Part shown: piece after piece, positions 44,414 to 52,960 of the stretch
How the letters are laid out: every line of letters starts with the position of its first letter
Position numbering within the stretch: position 1 is the first letter of the stretch
NCBI GenBank assembly: GCA_009784185.1
Contig: WRCD01000001.1
Coordinates: 193,698 to 257,697, forward strand
Origin: Bacillota bacterium
Lineage (GTDB): Bacteria; Bacillota; Clostridia; Christensenellales; UBA1242
Length of the DNA stretch: 64,000 nucleotides
Direction: 5' to 3'
Position numbers and translations under genes: made by a program
Notes under the pieces: model-generated
The model's input: only the letters and a program-made list of their open reading frames with translations
The model's database searches: none
Told to the model about the DNA's origin: nothing

Positions 44414-45163
44414 TTGACTCCTATTGTTAAAACCCCCGAGCAGCTTAATAAAATGCGGGCTTCCGGCAAAATTATGAAAGAGATTTTTGCCGAGCTCCAT
44501 AAATTTATTAAACCGGGCATAACCACAAAGCAGATAGATAAGTTTGTTTATGACTATATAAAAAAGTCAGGTGCCAAACCGTCATTTTTGGGACATGAAG
44601 GGTTTCCCGCAACCATATGTGCTTCGGTAAACGAGGTAGTGGTGCATGGGATTCCAAGCGAGTATGTACTGAAAGACGGCGACATTGTTGGTGTGGATGT
44701 AGGGGTATGCGTAAAGGGCTTTCATACAGATGCGGCAAGAACATATAAAGTTGGCAAAGTTAATGCGCTTAAGAACAAGCTGGTGCGTGTTACCGAAGAA
44801 TGCTTCTTCCATGCAATTAAGCACTTAAAAGCCGGAAGTTTTGTAGGAGACATAGGCGCTGCTGTGCAGGAGCACGCAGAAAAAAACGGATTTGGAGTGG
44901 TGCGGGTGCTTTGCGGGCACGGTATTGGAAAAAACGTGCATGAAGCTCCGCAGATACCAAACTTTGGTGCATCAGGCACAGGCGTTGAGTTTAAGGCCGG
45001 AATGACAATTTGCATTGAACCAATGCTGAACGCGGGAACGTATGAGGTTGAAATCAGCACAGAAGACGGGTGGACCTGTAAAACAGCAGACGGACAGCCG
45101 GCAGCGCATTACGAAAACACCTTGCTGATAACCGAGACCGGCGTTGAGGTATTAACGATATGA
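44414..45163 (+). CDS. map: Methionine aminopeptidase type I (TTG start)
   Basis: KTPEQL.KMR.SG; metal ligands D..GVD, H.., E.., E. AAGGAAG RBS. Confidence 0.93.
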   Translation: MTPIVKTPEQLNKMRASGKIMKEIFAELHKFIKPGITTKQIDKFVYDYIKKSGAKPSFLGHEGFPATICASVNEVVVHGIPSEYVLKDGDIVGVDVGVCVKGFHTDAARTYKVGKVNALKNKLVRVTEECFFHAIKHLKAGSFVGDIGAAVQEHAEKNGFGVVRVLCGHGIGKNVHEAPQIPNFGASGTGVEFKAGMTICIEPMLNAGTYEVEISTEDGWTCKTADGQPAAHYENTLLITETGVEVLTI

Positions 45164-45187
45164 CAATATATAAAAAGGAGCGGTTAA

Positions 45188-45457
45188 ATGGCTAATACGG
45201 ATGCAATTAAAGCAGAAGGTGAAGTAATTGAGGTGCTGAGAAACGCCACTTTTAAAGTACGCCTTCCAAACGGGCATATTGTAACCGCATATCCGGCAGG
45301 TAAACTTAAGCTGGGTCGTATTCTGATATTTGAAGGCGACAAGGTTACGGTTGAGTTGTCACCGTATGACTTAACCAAAGGAAGAATTGTTTGGAGAACA
45401 AACAAGGCAAGGGCAGCAGTTCCTGCCGAAAATATTGAAGCTCCTAAAGATAATTAA
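45188..45457 (+). CDS. infA: Translation initiation factor IF-1 with a C-terminal extension of about 17 aa
   Basis: I..EG.V.E.L.NA.F.V.L.NGH.V.A...GK......[17 protein letters not shown]. Confidence 0.95.
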   Translation: MANTDAIKAEGEVIEVLRNATFKVRLPNGHIVTAYPAGKLKLGRILIFEGDKVTVELSPYDLTKGRIVWRTNKARAAVPAENIEAPKDN

Positions 45458-45485
45458 TAAAAGAAAATTATAGAGGTGAAAAAAC

Positions 45486-45602
45486 ATGAAAGTAAGACCA
45501 AGTGTAAAACCAATGTGTGATAAGTGCAGAGTAATTAAGCGTGAAGGCAAGGTTATGGTAATCTGCTCTAAATCGAAGAAGCATAAGCAGACCCAAGGGT
45601 AA
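45486..45602 (+). CDS. rpmJ: 50S ribosomal protein L36 (below the ORF-track size cutoff)
   Basis: [38 protein letters not shown]. Confidence 0.93.
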   Translation: MKVRPSVKPMCDKCRVIKREGKVMVICSKSKKHKQTQG

Positions 45603-45620
45603 TTTAACCCGGTTTTGGTA

Positions 45621-45648
45621 TTGACAAACTAGAAAAAACTGATACAAT
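45621..45648 (+). promoter_or_regulatory. Possible internal promoter ahead of rpsM
   Basis: TTGACA, 16 nt spacer, TACAAT, followed by a structured leader of about 130 nt. Confidence 0.45.
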
Positions 45649-45779
45649 TGATATCATTACTATTGAAAATAATCGCCGAAGGGCGGCTGCAAGAGGAATC
45701 TTGTTCCTAAAGCGTTTATATATAAGTCATAAAAACAAAGCCACAATGTGGCCAAAATATTTTGGAGGATAATTTAAAT

Positions 45780-46169
45780 ATGGCAAGAATAGCCGGTGTT
45801 GACCTACCCAAAGAAAAACGGGTTGAAATTGGTCTAACATACATTTATGGCATAGGGCGTGTTAAGAGCAACGCCATTTTAGCGGCGGTTAACATTAGTC
45901 CGGACACTCGTGTAAAGGACTTAAAAGAAGCCGACATTGCTAAAATCAGAGATTATATTGAAAAAAGCGGCACCAAGGTTGAGGGTGACCTTAGGCGTGA
46001 AGTTAACCTTAACATAAAGCGGCTTATGGAAATTGGCTGCAACCGCGGCATCCGTCACAGAAAGGGGCTGCCGGTTAACGGACAGCGCACCAAGACCAAC
46101 GCGCGCACTCGCAAGGGGCCAAGAAAAACCGTATCACGCGGAAAAGCCAAAGTCGGTAAAAAAGGTTAA
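45780..46169 (+). CDS. rpsM: 30S ribosomal protein S13
   Basis: [12 protein letters not shown]....LTYIYGIG. Confidence 0.97.
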   Translation: MARIAGVDLPKEKRVEIGLTYIYGIGRVKSNAILAAVNISPDTRVKDLKEADIAKIRDYIEKSGTKVEGDLRREVNLNIKRLMEIGCNRGIRHRKGLPVNGQRTKTNARTRKGPRKTVSRGKAKVGKKG

Positions 46170-46190
46170 TGGGGGAGGAAAATTTAAGTT

Positions 46191-46637
46191 ATGGAAAATA
46201 AAGAAGTTGCAAATGCACATGCTCCCGCTAAAACTGAGGGCGTTAAAAAGCCGGCCGGCGGAGCTAAAAAGAAGAAGCGTGCTACCAAAAATCTTGGAAG
46301 CGGGCAGGTTCACATTCAGTCTACATTTAACAACAACCTTGTTACCATTACCGATCAGGGCGGCAATGTTATTTCGTGGTGCTCCTCAGGGGTGCTGAAA
46401 TTCCGCGGCAGCCGGAAGGACACTCCGTTTGCGGCTCAGCAGGTAGCTGAAACCGCGGGCAAAAAAGCAGTTGATATGGGCTTAAAATCGGTTCAGGTTT
46501 TTGTAAAAGGCGCAGGTGCGGGCAGAGAAGCTGCTATAAGAGCACTTGCCAACGTTGGCTTAGAGGTTACCAGCATTAAGGATGTATCAAGTATCCCGTA
46601 CAATGGCTGCAGACCAAGTAAAGCCAGACGTATTTAA
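46191..46637 (+). CDS. rpsK: 30S ribosomal protein S11 with a basic N-terminal extension
   Basis: G..HI.STFNN..VTITD..GN...W.S.G. Confidence 0.97.
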   Translation: MENKEVANAHAPAKTEGVKKPAGGAKKKKRATKNLGSGQVHIQSTFNNNLVTITDQGGNVISWCSSGVLKFRGSRKDTPFAAQQVAETAGKKAVDMGLKSVQVFVKGAGAGREAAIRALANVGLEVTSIKDVSSIPYNGCRPSKARRI

Positions 46638-46658
46638 GAGAAAGGAGAATTATGATAT

Positions 46659-47285
46659 ATGGCAAAATATACAGAAGCCGACTGCAAGTTGTGCAGGCGT
46701 GAAGGCTGTAAGCTGTTTCTGAAAGGTGACCGGTGTGTTACCAGTAAATGCGCAATTGAAAAGAGACCGATGGTTCCGGGGCAGCATGGTGCGGCAGCAG
46801 TAAAAAAGAAGCCTACCGGGTACTCGCTTCAGCTTAGAGAAAAGCAGAAAGTTAAACGCGCTTATGGGATTTTGGAGCGCCAGTTTAAAAACTATTACCA
46901 AGCCGCAAAGCGCAGCAAGGGGGCAACGGGCGAGGTTATGCTGAGCTTACTGGAACGCAGGCTGGATAACGTTGTGTACAGGCTTGGGTTTGGCGTAAGC
47001 AGAGGACAAGCCAGGCAGCTGGTTAATCACGGACACTTTACGGTAAACGGAAAAAATGTTAATGTGCCTTCTTACAGTGTAAAACTTGGAGACACAATAA
47101 GTGTTAAGGAAAGTGACAAAAACTTGGAATTGTTTAAGGAAATTAAGGGCAGCAAAATTATTACGCCAAAGTGGCTGGAAGTTGATACCAAAGCACTTAG
47201 CGGCAAGGTTACGGCATTGCCGATGCGTGATGATATTGACCTTAGCATATCAGAACACTTAATTATAGAGTTGTACTCTAGGTAA
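46659..47285 (+). CDS. rpsD: 30S ribosomal protein S4
   Basis: MAKYT....K.CRREG..LFLKG.RC; S4 domain [11 protein letters not shown]. Confidence 0.97.
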   Translation: MAKYTEADCKLCRREGCKLFLKGDRCVTSKCAIEKRPMVPGQHGAAAVKKKPTGYSLQLREKQKVKRAYGILERQFKNYYQAAKRSKGATGEVMLSLLERRLDNVVYRLGFGVSRGQARQLVNHGHFTVNGKNVNVPSYSVKLGDTISVKESDKNLELFKEIKGSKIITPKWLEVDTKALSGKVTALPMRDDIDLSISEHLIIELYSR

Positions 47286-47309
47286 TACAAGGAAGGAGAA
47301 TTAAATATT

Positions 47310-48263
47310 ATGATGCAAATTGAAAAGCCAAGAATTAATTTTCAGGAAGCAAGCGGCGGCACTACGGCAAAGTTTGTAATTGAGCCGCTTGAGCGCGGAT
47401 TTGGTACTACCTTAGGAAACGCAATGCGCAGGGTGCTGCTAGGAAGCTTGCCGGGCGCAGCTCCGGTTGCGGTGCGGATTCAGGGTGTTCAGCACGAGTT
47501 TAGTACAATTAAAGGCGTAGTAGAGGATGTTGCGGATATCGTGCTTAATCTTAAGACTCTGATTGTAAAAACTATCAGCACCGACCCTGACTTTAAGAGC
47601 ACTATCAGGCTGAAAAAGAGCGGCGCCGGCGAAGTTACGGCTGCAGACATTGCAGTAAACGACCAGGTAGAGGTTGTTAATCCGGAGCTTCATATATGTA
47701 CCATGAGCGCCGGGGCAAGCCTGGACATGGAAATAGTTATAGGCAGAGGCCGGGGCTATGTGCTGGCTAAAGAAAACAAGGACGCAACCGACAGCATTGG
47801 CTTTATTGCAATGGACAGCATTTTTACGCCGGTTAAGGCTGTAAACTATACTGTTGAGAGCGCGCGTGTGGGACAAAGCATTAACTTTGATAAGCTTACT
47901 TTGGAAGTAACCACCAACGGCAGCATATCGGCTAAAGAGGTAACCAGCCTTGCAGGCAAGGTAATAAACGACCACGTAAAACTGTTTATTGACCTTGTGG
48001 CAGAAATGAACGCAAACGAAATATTAATTACCCGTCAGGAAGACAAGCAGCAGAAAGTGCTTGAAATGACAATAGGCGACCTTGAGCTGAGTGTGCGAAG
48101 CACAAACTGCTTGAAACGGGCTAACATATTAACGGTTGAAGACCTGACTAAAAAGACCAGCAAGGAGCTTGCTAAAGTACGCAATCTGGGCTTAAAGAGC
48201 CTTGAAGAGGTTATTCAGAAACTTGAGCAGCTTGGATTGTTTTTAAGAAACGATGATGATTAA
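47310..48263 (+). CDS. rpoA: DNA-directed RNA polymerase subunit alpha
   Basis: GTTLGNA.RRVLL...PG.A; C-terminal domain LELSVRS.NCLKRANI.TV.DL. Confidence 0.97.
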   Translation: MMQIEKPRINFQEASGGTTAKFVIEPLERGFGTTLGNAMRRVLLGSLPGAAPVAVRIQGVQHEFSTIKGVVEDVADIVLNLKTLIVKTISTDPDFKSTIRLKKSGAGEVTAADIAVNDQVEVVNPELHICTMSAGASLDMEIVIGRGRGYVLAKENKDATDSIGFIAMDSIFTPVKAVNYTVESARVGQSINFDKLTLEVTTNGSISAKEVTSLAGKVINDHVKLFIDLVAEMNANEILITRQEDKQQKVLEMTIGDLELSVRSTNCLKRANILTVEDLTKKTSKELAKVRNLGLKSLEEVIQKLEQLGLFLRNDDD

Positions 48264-48277
48264 AGGAGAAATAATAG

Positions 48278-48790
48278 ATGGCTGGATATAGTAAACTGGG
48301 CAGAAACCAGAATATTAGGGATTCAATTATCCGTAACCAGGTTACAGGATTACTTTGGAACGGAAAATTAGAAACCACTCTGACAAGAGCCAAGGCTATA
48401 GAGCGTGTTGCGGAAAAAATTATTACAATGGCAGTAAACACCTATCAGGATACTGTTAAAGTGGTTAAAGTCAGCAAAAACGCTAAAGGTGTTGAGTCTA
48501 AGCGCGAAGTGCTTAATGACGGGCCTAAAAAGCTGGTTGCACGCAGGAAGATAATGGGTATGGTTTATGATGTGCAGGAACAGCGTGCGGAAAAAGAAAC
48601 CAAGGCCGCGTTTGTAGCCAGAACCGAGGACATAAAGCATCCGCTTGTAGAAAAGATATTTAACGTGTACGCACCTAAGTATTTTGAGCGCAAGCAGGAT
48701 ACCGGTCAAGGCGGCGGATACACCCGCATAATTAAAAAGGGACCGCGCCAGGGCGATGCAGCAGAAGCTGTAATAATTGAATTAGTTTAA
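48278..48790 (+). CDS. rplQ: 50S ribosomal protein L17 with an internal insertion
   Basis: KLGR....R....RN......G...TT..RAK; GGYTRI.K...R.GD.A. Confidence 0.93.
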   Translation: MAGYSKLGRNQNIRDSIIRNQVTGLLWNGKLETTLTRAKAIERVAEKIITMAVNTYQDTVKVVKVSKNAKGVESKREVLNDGPKKLVARRKIMGMVYDVQEQRAEKETKAAFVARTEDIKHPLVEKIFNVYAPKYFERKQDTGQGGGYTRIIKKGPRQGDAAEAVIIELV

Positions 48791-48793
48791 ACA

Positions 48794-48817
48794 AAAAACA
48801 GGCTATGCCTGTTTTTT
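48794..48817. terminator. Bidirectional terminator after rplQ
   Basis: AAAAAACAGGC-tat-GCCTGTTTTTT. Confidence 0.85.
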
Positions 48818-48818
48818 G

Positions 48819-49193
48819 TTACTGTCTATAATATTTGTTTCCGTCTCTGAAGACTATCACCCAGAAGTCTATAAATGGGCCGATAAAAAGGAATCCGAAA
48901 GTAAATATATACAAAACGCCCACTAAAATTTTGCCCTCATAAAACTTATGTACGCCATAAATGCCAAAAAGCCAGCATAGGAGCAGGGCAACGGGCTTAC
49001 TTAATTTTTGTTTTTGCCCTGTTGCAGGCGGAGCATAATAATTATTTACTACTTGCGGCACGGCAGGGGCAGGAGTTGCTTTGCCGGCAATTTCGTATAT
49101 CCCGCCACAATAAACGCATTTGGTAAAGGAGGTAGCATCATCTGCTGTTGCGCTTGCGTTGCAATGCGGACATTTTACCGGGATAGTTGCCAT
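48819..49193 (-). CDS. Zinc-ribbon plus TM2-domain membrane protein
   Basis: CPHC..CVYCGG N-terminus. C-terminal W.FGI.G.H.FY.G....G..Y..T TM2 pattern. AGAGGAG RBS. Confidence 0.8.
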   Translation of the reverse strand: MATIPVKCPHCNASATADDATSFTKCVYCGGIYEIAGKATPAPAVPQVVNNYYAPPATGQKQKLSKPVALLLCWLFGIYGVHKFYEGKILVGVLYIFTFGFLFIGPFIDFWVIVFRDGNKYYRQ

Positions 49194-49302
49194 GGCAGAC
49201 TCCTCTTTTGTGATTTAAGTTATTGTATAATATAAAAACTAGAAAGTCAACCAAACAGGCAGCAGCGAAAGGTCACTTCGTTCCAAATAACTGAAAATTG
49301 TC

Positions 49303-49331
49303 TTGACAATAAACCCATTCTGGTTTATACT
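49303..49331 (+). promoter_or_regulatory. Promoter of the 722-aa Ig-like protein gene
   Basis: TTGACA, 17 nt spacer, TATACT. Confidence 0.6.
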
Positions 49332-49364
49332 GGCTTCGACATAAACTAACAAATTAGTAATGGA

Positions 49365-51533
49365 TTGAAACAAATGATAAAAATTTGGTTGTTCTGCATT
49401 TCATGCTTTGTGTTTTCCGGCGCACTTACCGCTTTTGGGTTGGTGTCGCCGTATGTTTATGACAATGCAGTTAATGTTTACGCAACCGGACTGGAGTTTT
49501 CACAGGAGTTTGTTTCGGCTGAAATAGGCACCGAGATTGATATAGCGGAAACAAATGCTCTTATTGTTTCTCCCAGCAACAGCAATACAATTAGTTTTGT
49601 AACAGGCTGGGAAGGTGCTGCCGCAAAGGTGGGAAACAAACTGGTTTTTAACAAAACCGGCGTTTTTGTGCTAAAATCAACGGCTAAGGCCTCCAGAAAT
49701 AAAACAATAGATGCTGAATTTACTATAGAGATTTATGATAACAACGTGTACGCTGCGGGGCTGGAGTTTAATCAGGATGCAATTAATTTGTATTCCAACG
49801 CTGCCCCGTATAAAACGGCAAACGCGTTAACGGTGCTGGGAAGCGGTGTTACGGTTGAGCCCGAGCTTAGTTACAACAGCTCGGTTATCAGTTATGATAT
49901 TAACACCGGGCAGGTTACTGCGGTGTCAAGCGGCAGCACAACGGTTACAGCTAAAATAAAGACGGCTTTTAATACCTACGCTACGGCAAGTTTTGTTGTA
50001 AATGTAAGCAACTTTGAATTTAGTGCCGGTATTTGTATGCAGGACAGTTTTGTATTAAAAACAGGAGTGCCCGATTCGGAAAGCCCGATACTTGGCGGAA
50101 TACAGATTGATTATGAAATCCTTGATACAAATGTGGTTAAAATTGAAAGCGGAAGACTGATTGCGGTTGCGCCAGGCACTACCGGAATAATTGCAACTGC
50201 GGTTATCGGATACGATTTTGAACCGGACGAGTTTGTGTATGAAACCAAAACCGCAAGCATAACGGTTGAAAATAAGGCAGCAGAAGCAATTATTCATGTT
50301 TGCGACGGAGAATTTAATGTGCTGGGCAGCACGGACGTTTTACGTTCCGGCAAGCGTGCGGACAATTCTGAAGCGCTGTACTATTTCAGGCTTAGCAATG
50401 ATGCCGGGTTTACAGATAAACTATGTGAGCTTGAATTAATATCAGGCGGCGAGTATGCGGACATTAATCCGGACGGCGCTTTTGTTAGCGGTGAGTATAT
50501 TTTTGTTCCGTTTGGTGTTGTGGGAAGCGGGAATTTTGAAATATTCTACACATTGCTTGATGACTCGGACAACTATTATCACGAAATAATCAGCAATACA
50601 TTGGAGTTTGAAGTACGCAGCTTTATAAGCGGATTAGATATAAAGCCAATGATAGGCGGCGTTGAGATTTCTAAAACGGGCAGCGGGTATAAATTATACA
50701 TAATGAGCACTGACCCGGCTGTAACGGCACAAGCAGCTGCCAGCGGAATATCCGGCACCTGCAGCCTGGTATGGCTGAACGAGCGGGATGATGTTGAAAT
50801 ATTAATTGAGGTATTAACGCCTGCGGTATTGAGCATTGAAGGACGTAATGTTGCTGCGCTTTCGGCCGGTAACGGCAGTATTAAAGCCTCTGCGCTGGAC
50901 GGCTCTGGTGTGGTGCTGATTATAAACATAGAGGTTGAAGTGCCCGTTGTTTATAATGCGGTCTTTAAGCAGTATAATGAAAGTTATAATATTGTTTTAA
51001 ACGTTGGCGAAAGCTTTAATTTAGACGAACTTGGAGTAGCGGCAGTTTATCCTTATTATGCGGCGTACACGGCCGGCTGGAGTATAGGCGAATCATATCC
51101 GGCAAACGTGCTGGGCATAGATGACCAGAATAACGTTGTTGCACTTCTTGGCGGCGTAGCAGAAATTGTAATTGACCTTGGCAGCGGAGTGCGCCAGGTA
51201 TATACCGTGACCGTTGTGGTGCCGGCATTCAGTATTGATATTGATTCGGAATGGTTTGAACTGGGCGTAGGCCAGGCTGATACGCTGAATTATTTTATAT
51301 TTGACCCGGATGGCGTATATGCAACAAATCAGGACGTTGAGGTGATATTTACTACGGAGTTTGGGGAAGAAGTTTCTAAACACAGCAGGATTGATATATG
51401 GGCAGGGACAAACATGATTGTTATCATTAATGTAAGCCTTACGCCCGGTGAAACGGTATACATAATGCTGAAGCATATTGCGCCTGACGATGCAGAGATA
51501 TACAGCAGCGTTGTTGCAATAACCGGTAAATAA
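49365..51533 (+). CDS. Secreted or anchored protein with repeated Ig-like (Big_2-like) modules, 722 aa
   Basis: N-terminal signal/anchor IKIWLFCISCFVFSGALTAFG. Repeats begin VYA[TA]GLEF.Q. G.VTAVSSGSTTVTAKI is a Big_2-type motif. Start is TTG 49365 or ATG 49374. Confidence 0.8.
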   Translation: MKQMIKIWLFCISCFVFSGALTAFGLVSPYVYDNAVNVYATGLEFSQEFVSAEIGTEIDIAETNALIVSPSNSNTISFVTGWEGAAAKVGNKLVFNKTGVFVLKSTAKASRNKTIDAEFTIEIYDNNVYAAGLEFNQDAINLYSNAAPYKTANALTVLGSGVTVEPELSYNSSVISYDINTGQVTAVSSGSTTVTAKIKTAFNTYATASFVVNVSNFEFSAGICMQDSFVLKTGVPDSESPILGGIQIDYEILDTNVVKIESGRLIAVAPGTTGIIATAVIGYDFEPDEFVYETKTASITVENKAAEAIIHVCDGEFNVLGSTDVLRSGKRADNSEALYYFRLSNDAGFTDKLCELELISGGEYADINPDGAFVSGEYIFVPFGVVGSGNFEIFYTLLDDSDNYYHEIISNTLEFEVRSFISGLDIKPMIGGVEISKTGSGYKLYIMSTDPAVTAQAAASGISGTCSLVWLNERDDVEILIEVLTPAVLSIEGRNVAALSAGNGSIKASALDGSGVVLIINIEVEVPVVYNAVFKQYNESYNIVLNVGESFNLDELGVAAVYPYYAAYTAGWSIGESYPANVLGIDDQNNVVALLGGVAEIVIDLGSGVRQVYTVTVVVPAFSIDIDSEWFELGVGQADTLNYFIFDPDGVYATNQDVEVIFTTEFGEEVSKHSRIDIWAGTNMIVIINVSLTPGETVYIMLKHIAPDDAEIYSSVVAITGK

Positions 51534-51560
51534 ATAATCCGCCTTTTTGGCGGATTATTT
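51534..51560. terminator. Bidirectional terminator
   Basis: AATAATCCGCC-ttttt-GGCGGATTATT. Confidence 0.85.
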
Positions 51561-52800
51561 ATTTCAGTGCTTTGTTCATTTCTTCTTTATAAAACTCAAC
51601 TCCCGGCTGGTTAAATGGATTAACACCAAGCAGGTATGCCGACATGGCGCACGCAATCTCCATGAAATAAACCAGGTATCCAAATCCTTTTGCATTAAGC
51701 CTGTCTATATTTATTATAACAATCGGCACTCCTGCGTTGCTATGTGCATTAACAGTGCCCATAAAAGCGGCCCTGTTAAGTTCGGACATAAATGTTGCGG
51801 GTATTTTAACCATACTGTTGCTTGAAAAGTTTATATCTGCAGTTGTATTCAGTTCATTAATGACCGTTTCAAAAACAAGCGGTTTCCCCTCCTGAATGTA
51901 TTGCCCCATAGAGTGCAAATCGCGCGAAAAAACCATGTGGGAAACAAACAAGCCTTTCCCGTTTTTGCCCTCGCTTTCTCCAAAAAGCTGCTGCCACCAG
52001 CGGCCGAACCCTTCCATGAGCTCAGAGAAGCTGGTTTGCACTTCTACATCTTTTTTAAGCGTTGTATGTATCAGGAATCTGGCCGCAGCATATCTGTAGG
52101 CTTGGTTTTTTGACAGTTCCTCGGCAGACAAGTCCAAACAGGCTTGTTTTGCACCTTCCATAATCCGGCGGATATCAATACCAGCGGCTGCCAGGGGCAA
52201 AAGCCCTACTGCGGATAACACCGAATACCTGCTGACTACGCCATCCGGAATATTGAAAGTTGTAAGATGATTTATTCTGGCATACTCGGCTAAAAACGCT
52301 GTATTATTGCTGGTTGTTATAATCATGCGCTGTTTAAACTCATTCTCGCTATACTTATTGCGCATAAAGTTTTCAACAATGTTAAATGCCGCTATAGTTT
52401 CCAGCGTAGTGCCCGATTTGGATATAATATTAACCGCAATCCGCTTGTTTTTGTATTTGTTAAAAAACCGCGCAAATACTCCCGAGTCAAAACTCGTGCC
52501 GAGAAATTCTACGGGAATGCCTGTATCGTTAGCCAAAAGCTGGATGCCGGCATATGCACCGGCGTAACTTCCTCCAACGCCGACAACCAGCAATACATCG
52601 CTGTTTGAGCGGATTTTATCCGCTGCCGCCCATATCCGCTGCAGTTCCTGTTCGTCTGTAATGTTGGGCAGCTCGGTCCATTTGTTGTCTGTTCCGTCAT
52701 GGGCATGCAATATTGCGTGCAGCTTTTTTATTTTTTCGTCAAGCGCCAAAACGTCCTGTTCGTCAACTTGAGCGTAGTTCAAATCGGTTGTTATTTTCAT
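51559..52800 (-). CDS. pgi: Glucose-6-phosphate isomerase (Firmicute type)
   Basis: VVGVGGSY.G, ISKSGTTLET, WWQQLFGESEGK. ATG 52800 is preferred because the N-terminal pattern resembles other PGIs. Confidence 0.9.
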   Translation of the reverse strand: MKITTDLNYAQVDEQDVLALDEKIKKLHAILHAHDGTDNKWTELPNITDEQELQRIWAAADKIRSNSDVLLVVGVGGSYAGAYAGIQLLANDTGIPVEFLGTSFDSGVFARFFNKYKNKRIAVNIISKSGTTLETIAAFNIVENFMRNKYSENEFKQRMIITTSNNTAFLAEYARINHLTTFNIPDGVVSRYSVLSAVGLLPLAAAGIDIRRIMEGAKQACLDLSAEELSKNQAYRYAAARFLIHTTLKKDVEVQTSFSELMEGFGRWWQQLFGESEGKNGKGLFVSHMVFSRDLHSMGQYIQEGKPLVFETVINELNTTADINFSSNSMVKIPATFMSELNRAAFMGTVNAHSNAGVPIVIINIDRLNAKGFGYLVYFMEIACAMSAYLLGVNPFNQPGVEFYKEEMNKALK

Positions 52801-52893
52801 AAGACAATAATAGCATTTATACAAATCATTTGGCAAGGATAATAACGCTTGTTAATTCAACAGCTTTTATTTTGTGGTTTAACGAGAGTTTAT

Positions 52894-52922
52894 TTGACAA
52901 ATATTGCAATAATTTATATAAT
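52894..52922 (+). promoter_or_regulatory. Promoter of the 1127-aa envelope protein gene
   Basis: TTGACA, 17 nt spacer, TATAAT. Confidence 0.6.
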
Positions 52923-52960
52923 GAACAAAATTGCGCAAAGTACACTAAGGGGGATGCGGC

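Noticed and set aside
46033-46398. 121-aa ORF overlapping rpsM and rpsK out of frame
   Set aside because: It is fully overlapped by two highly conserved ribosomal protein genes.
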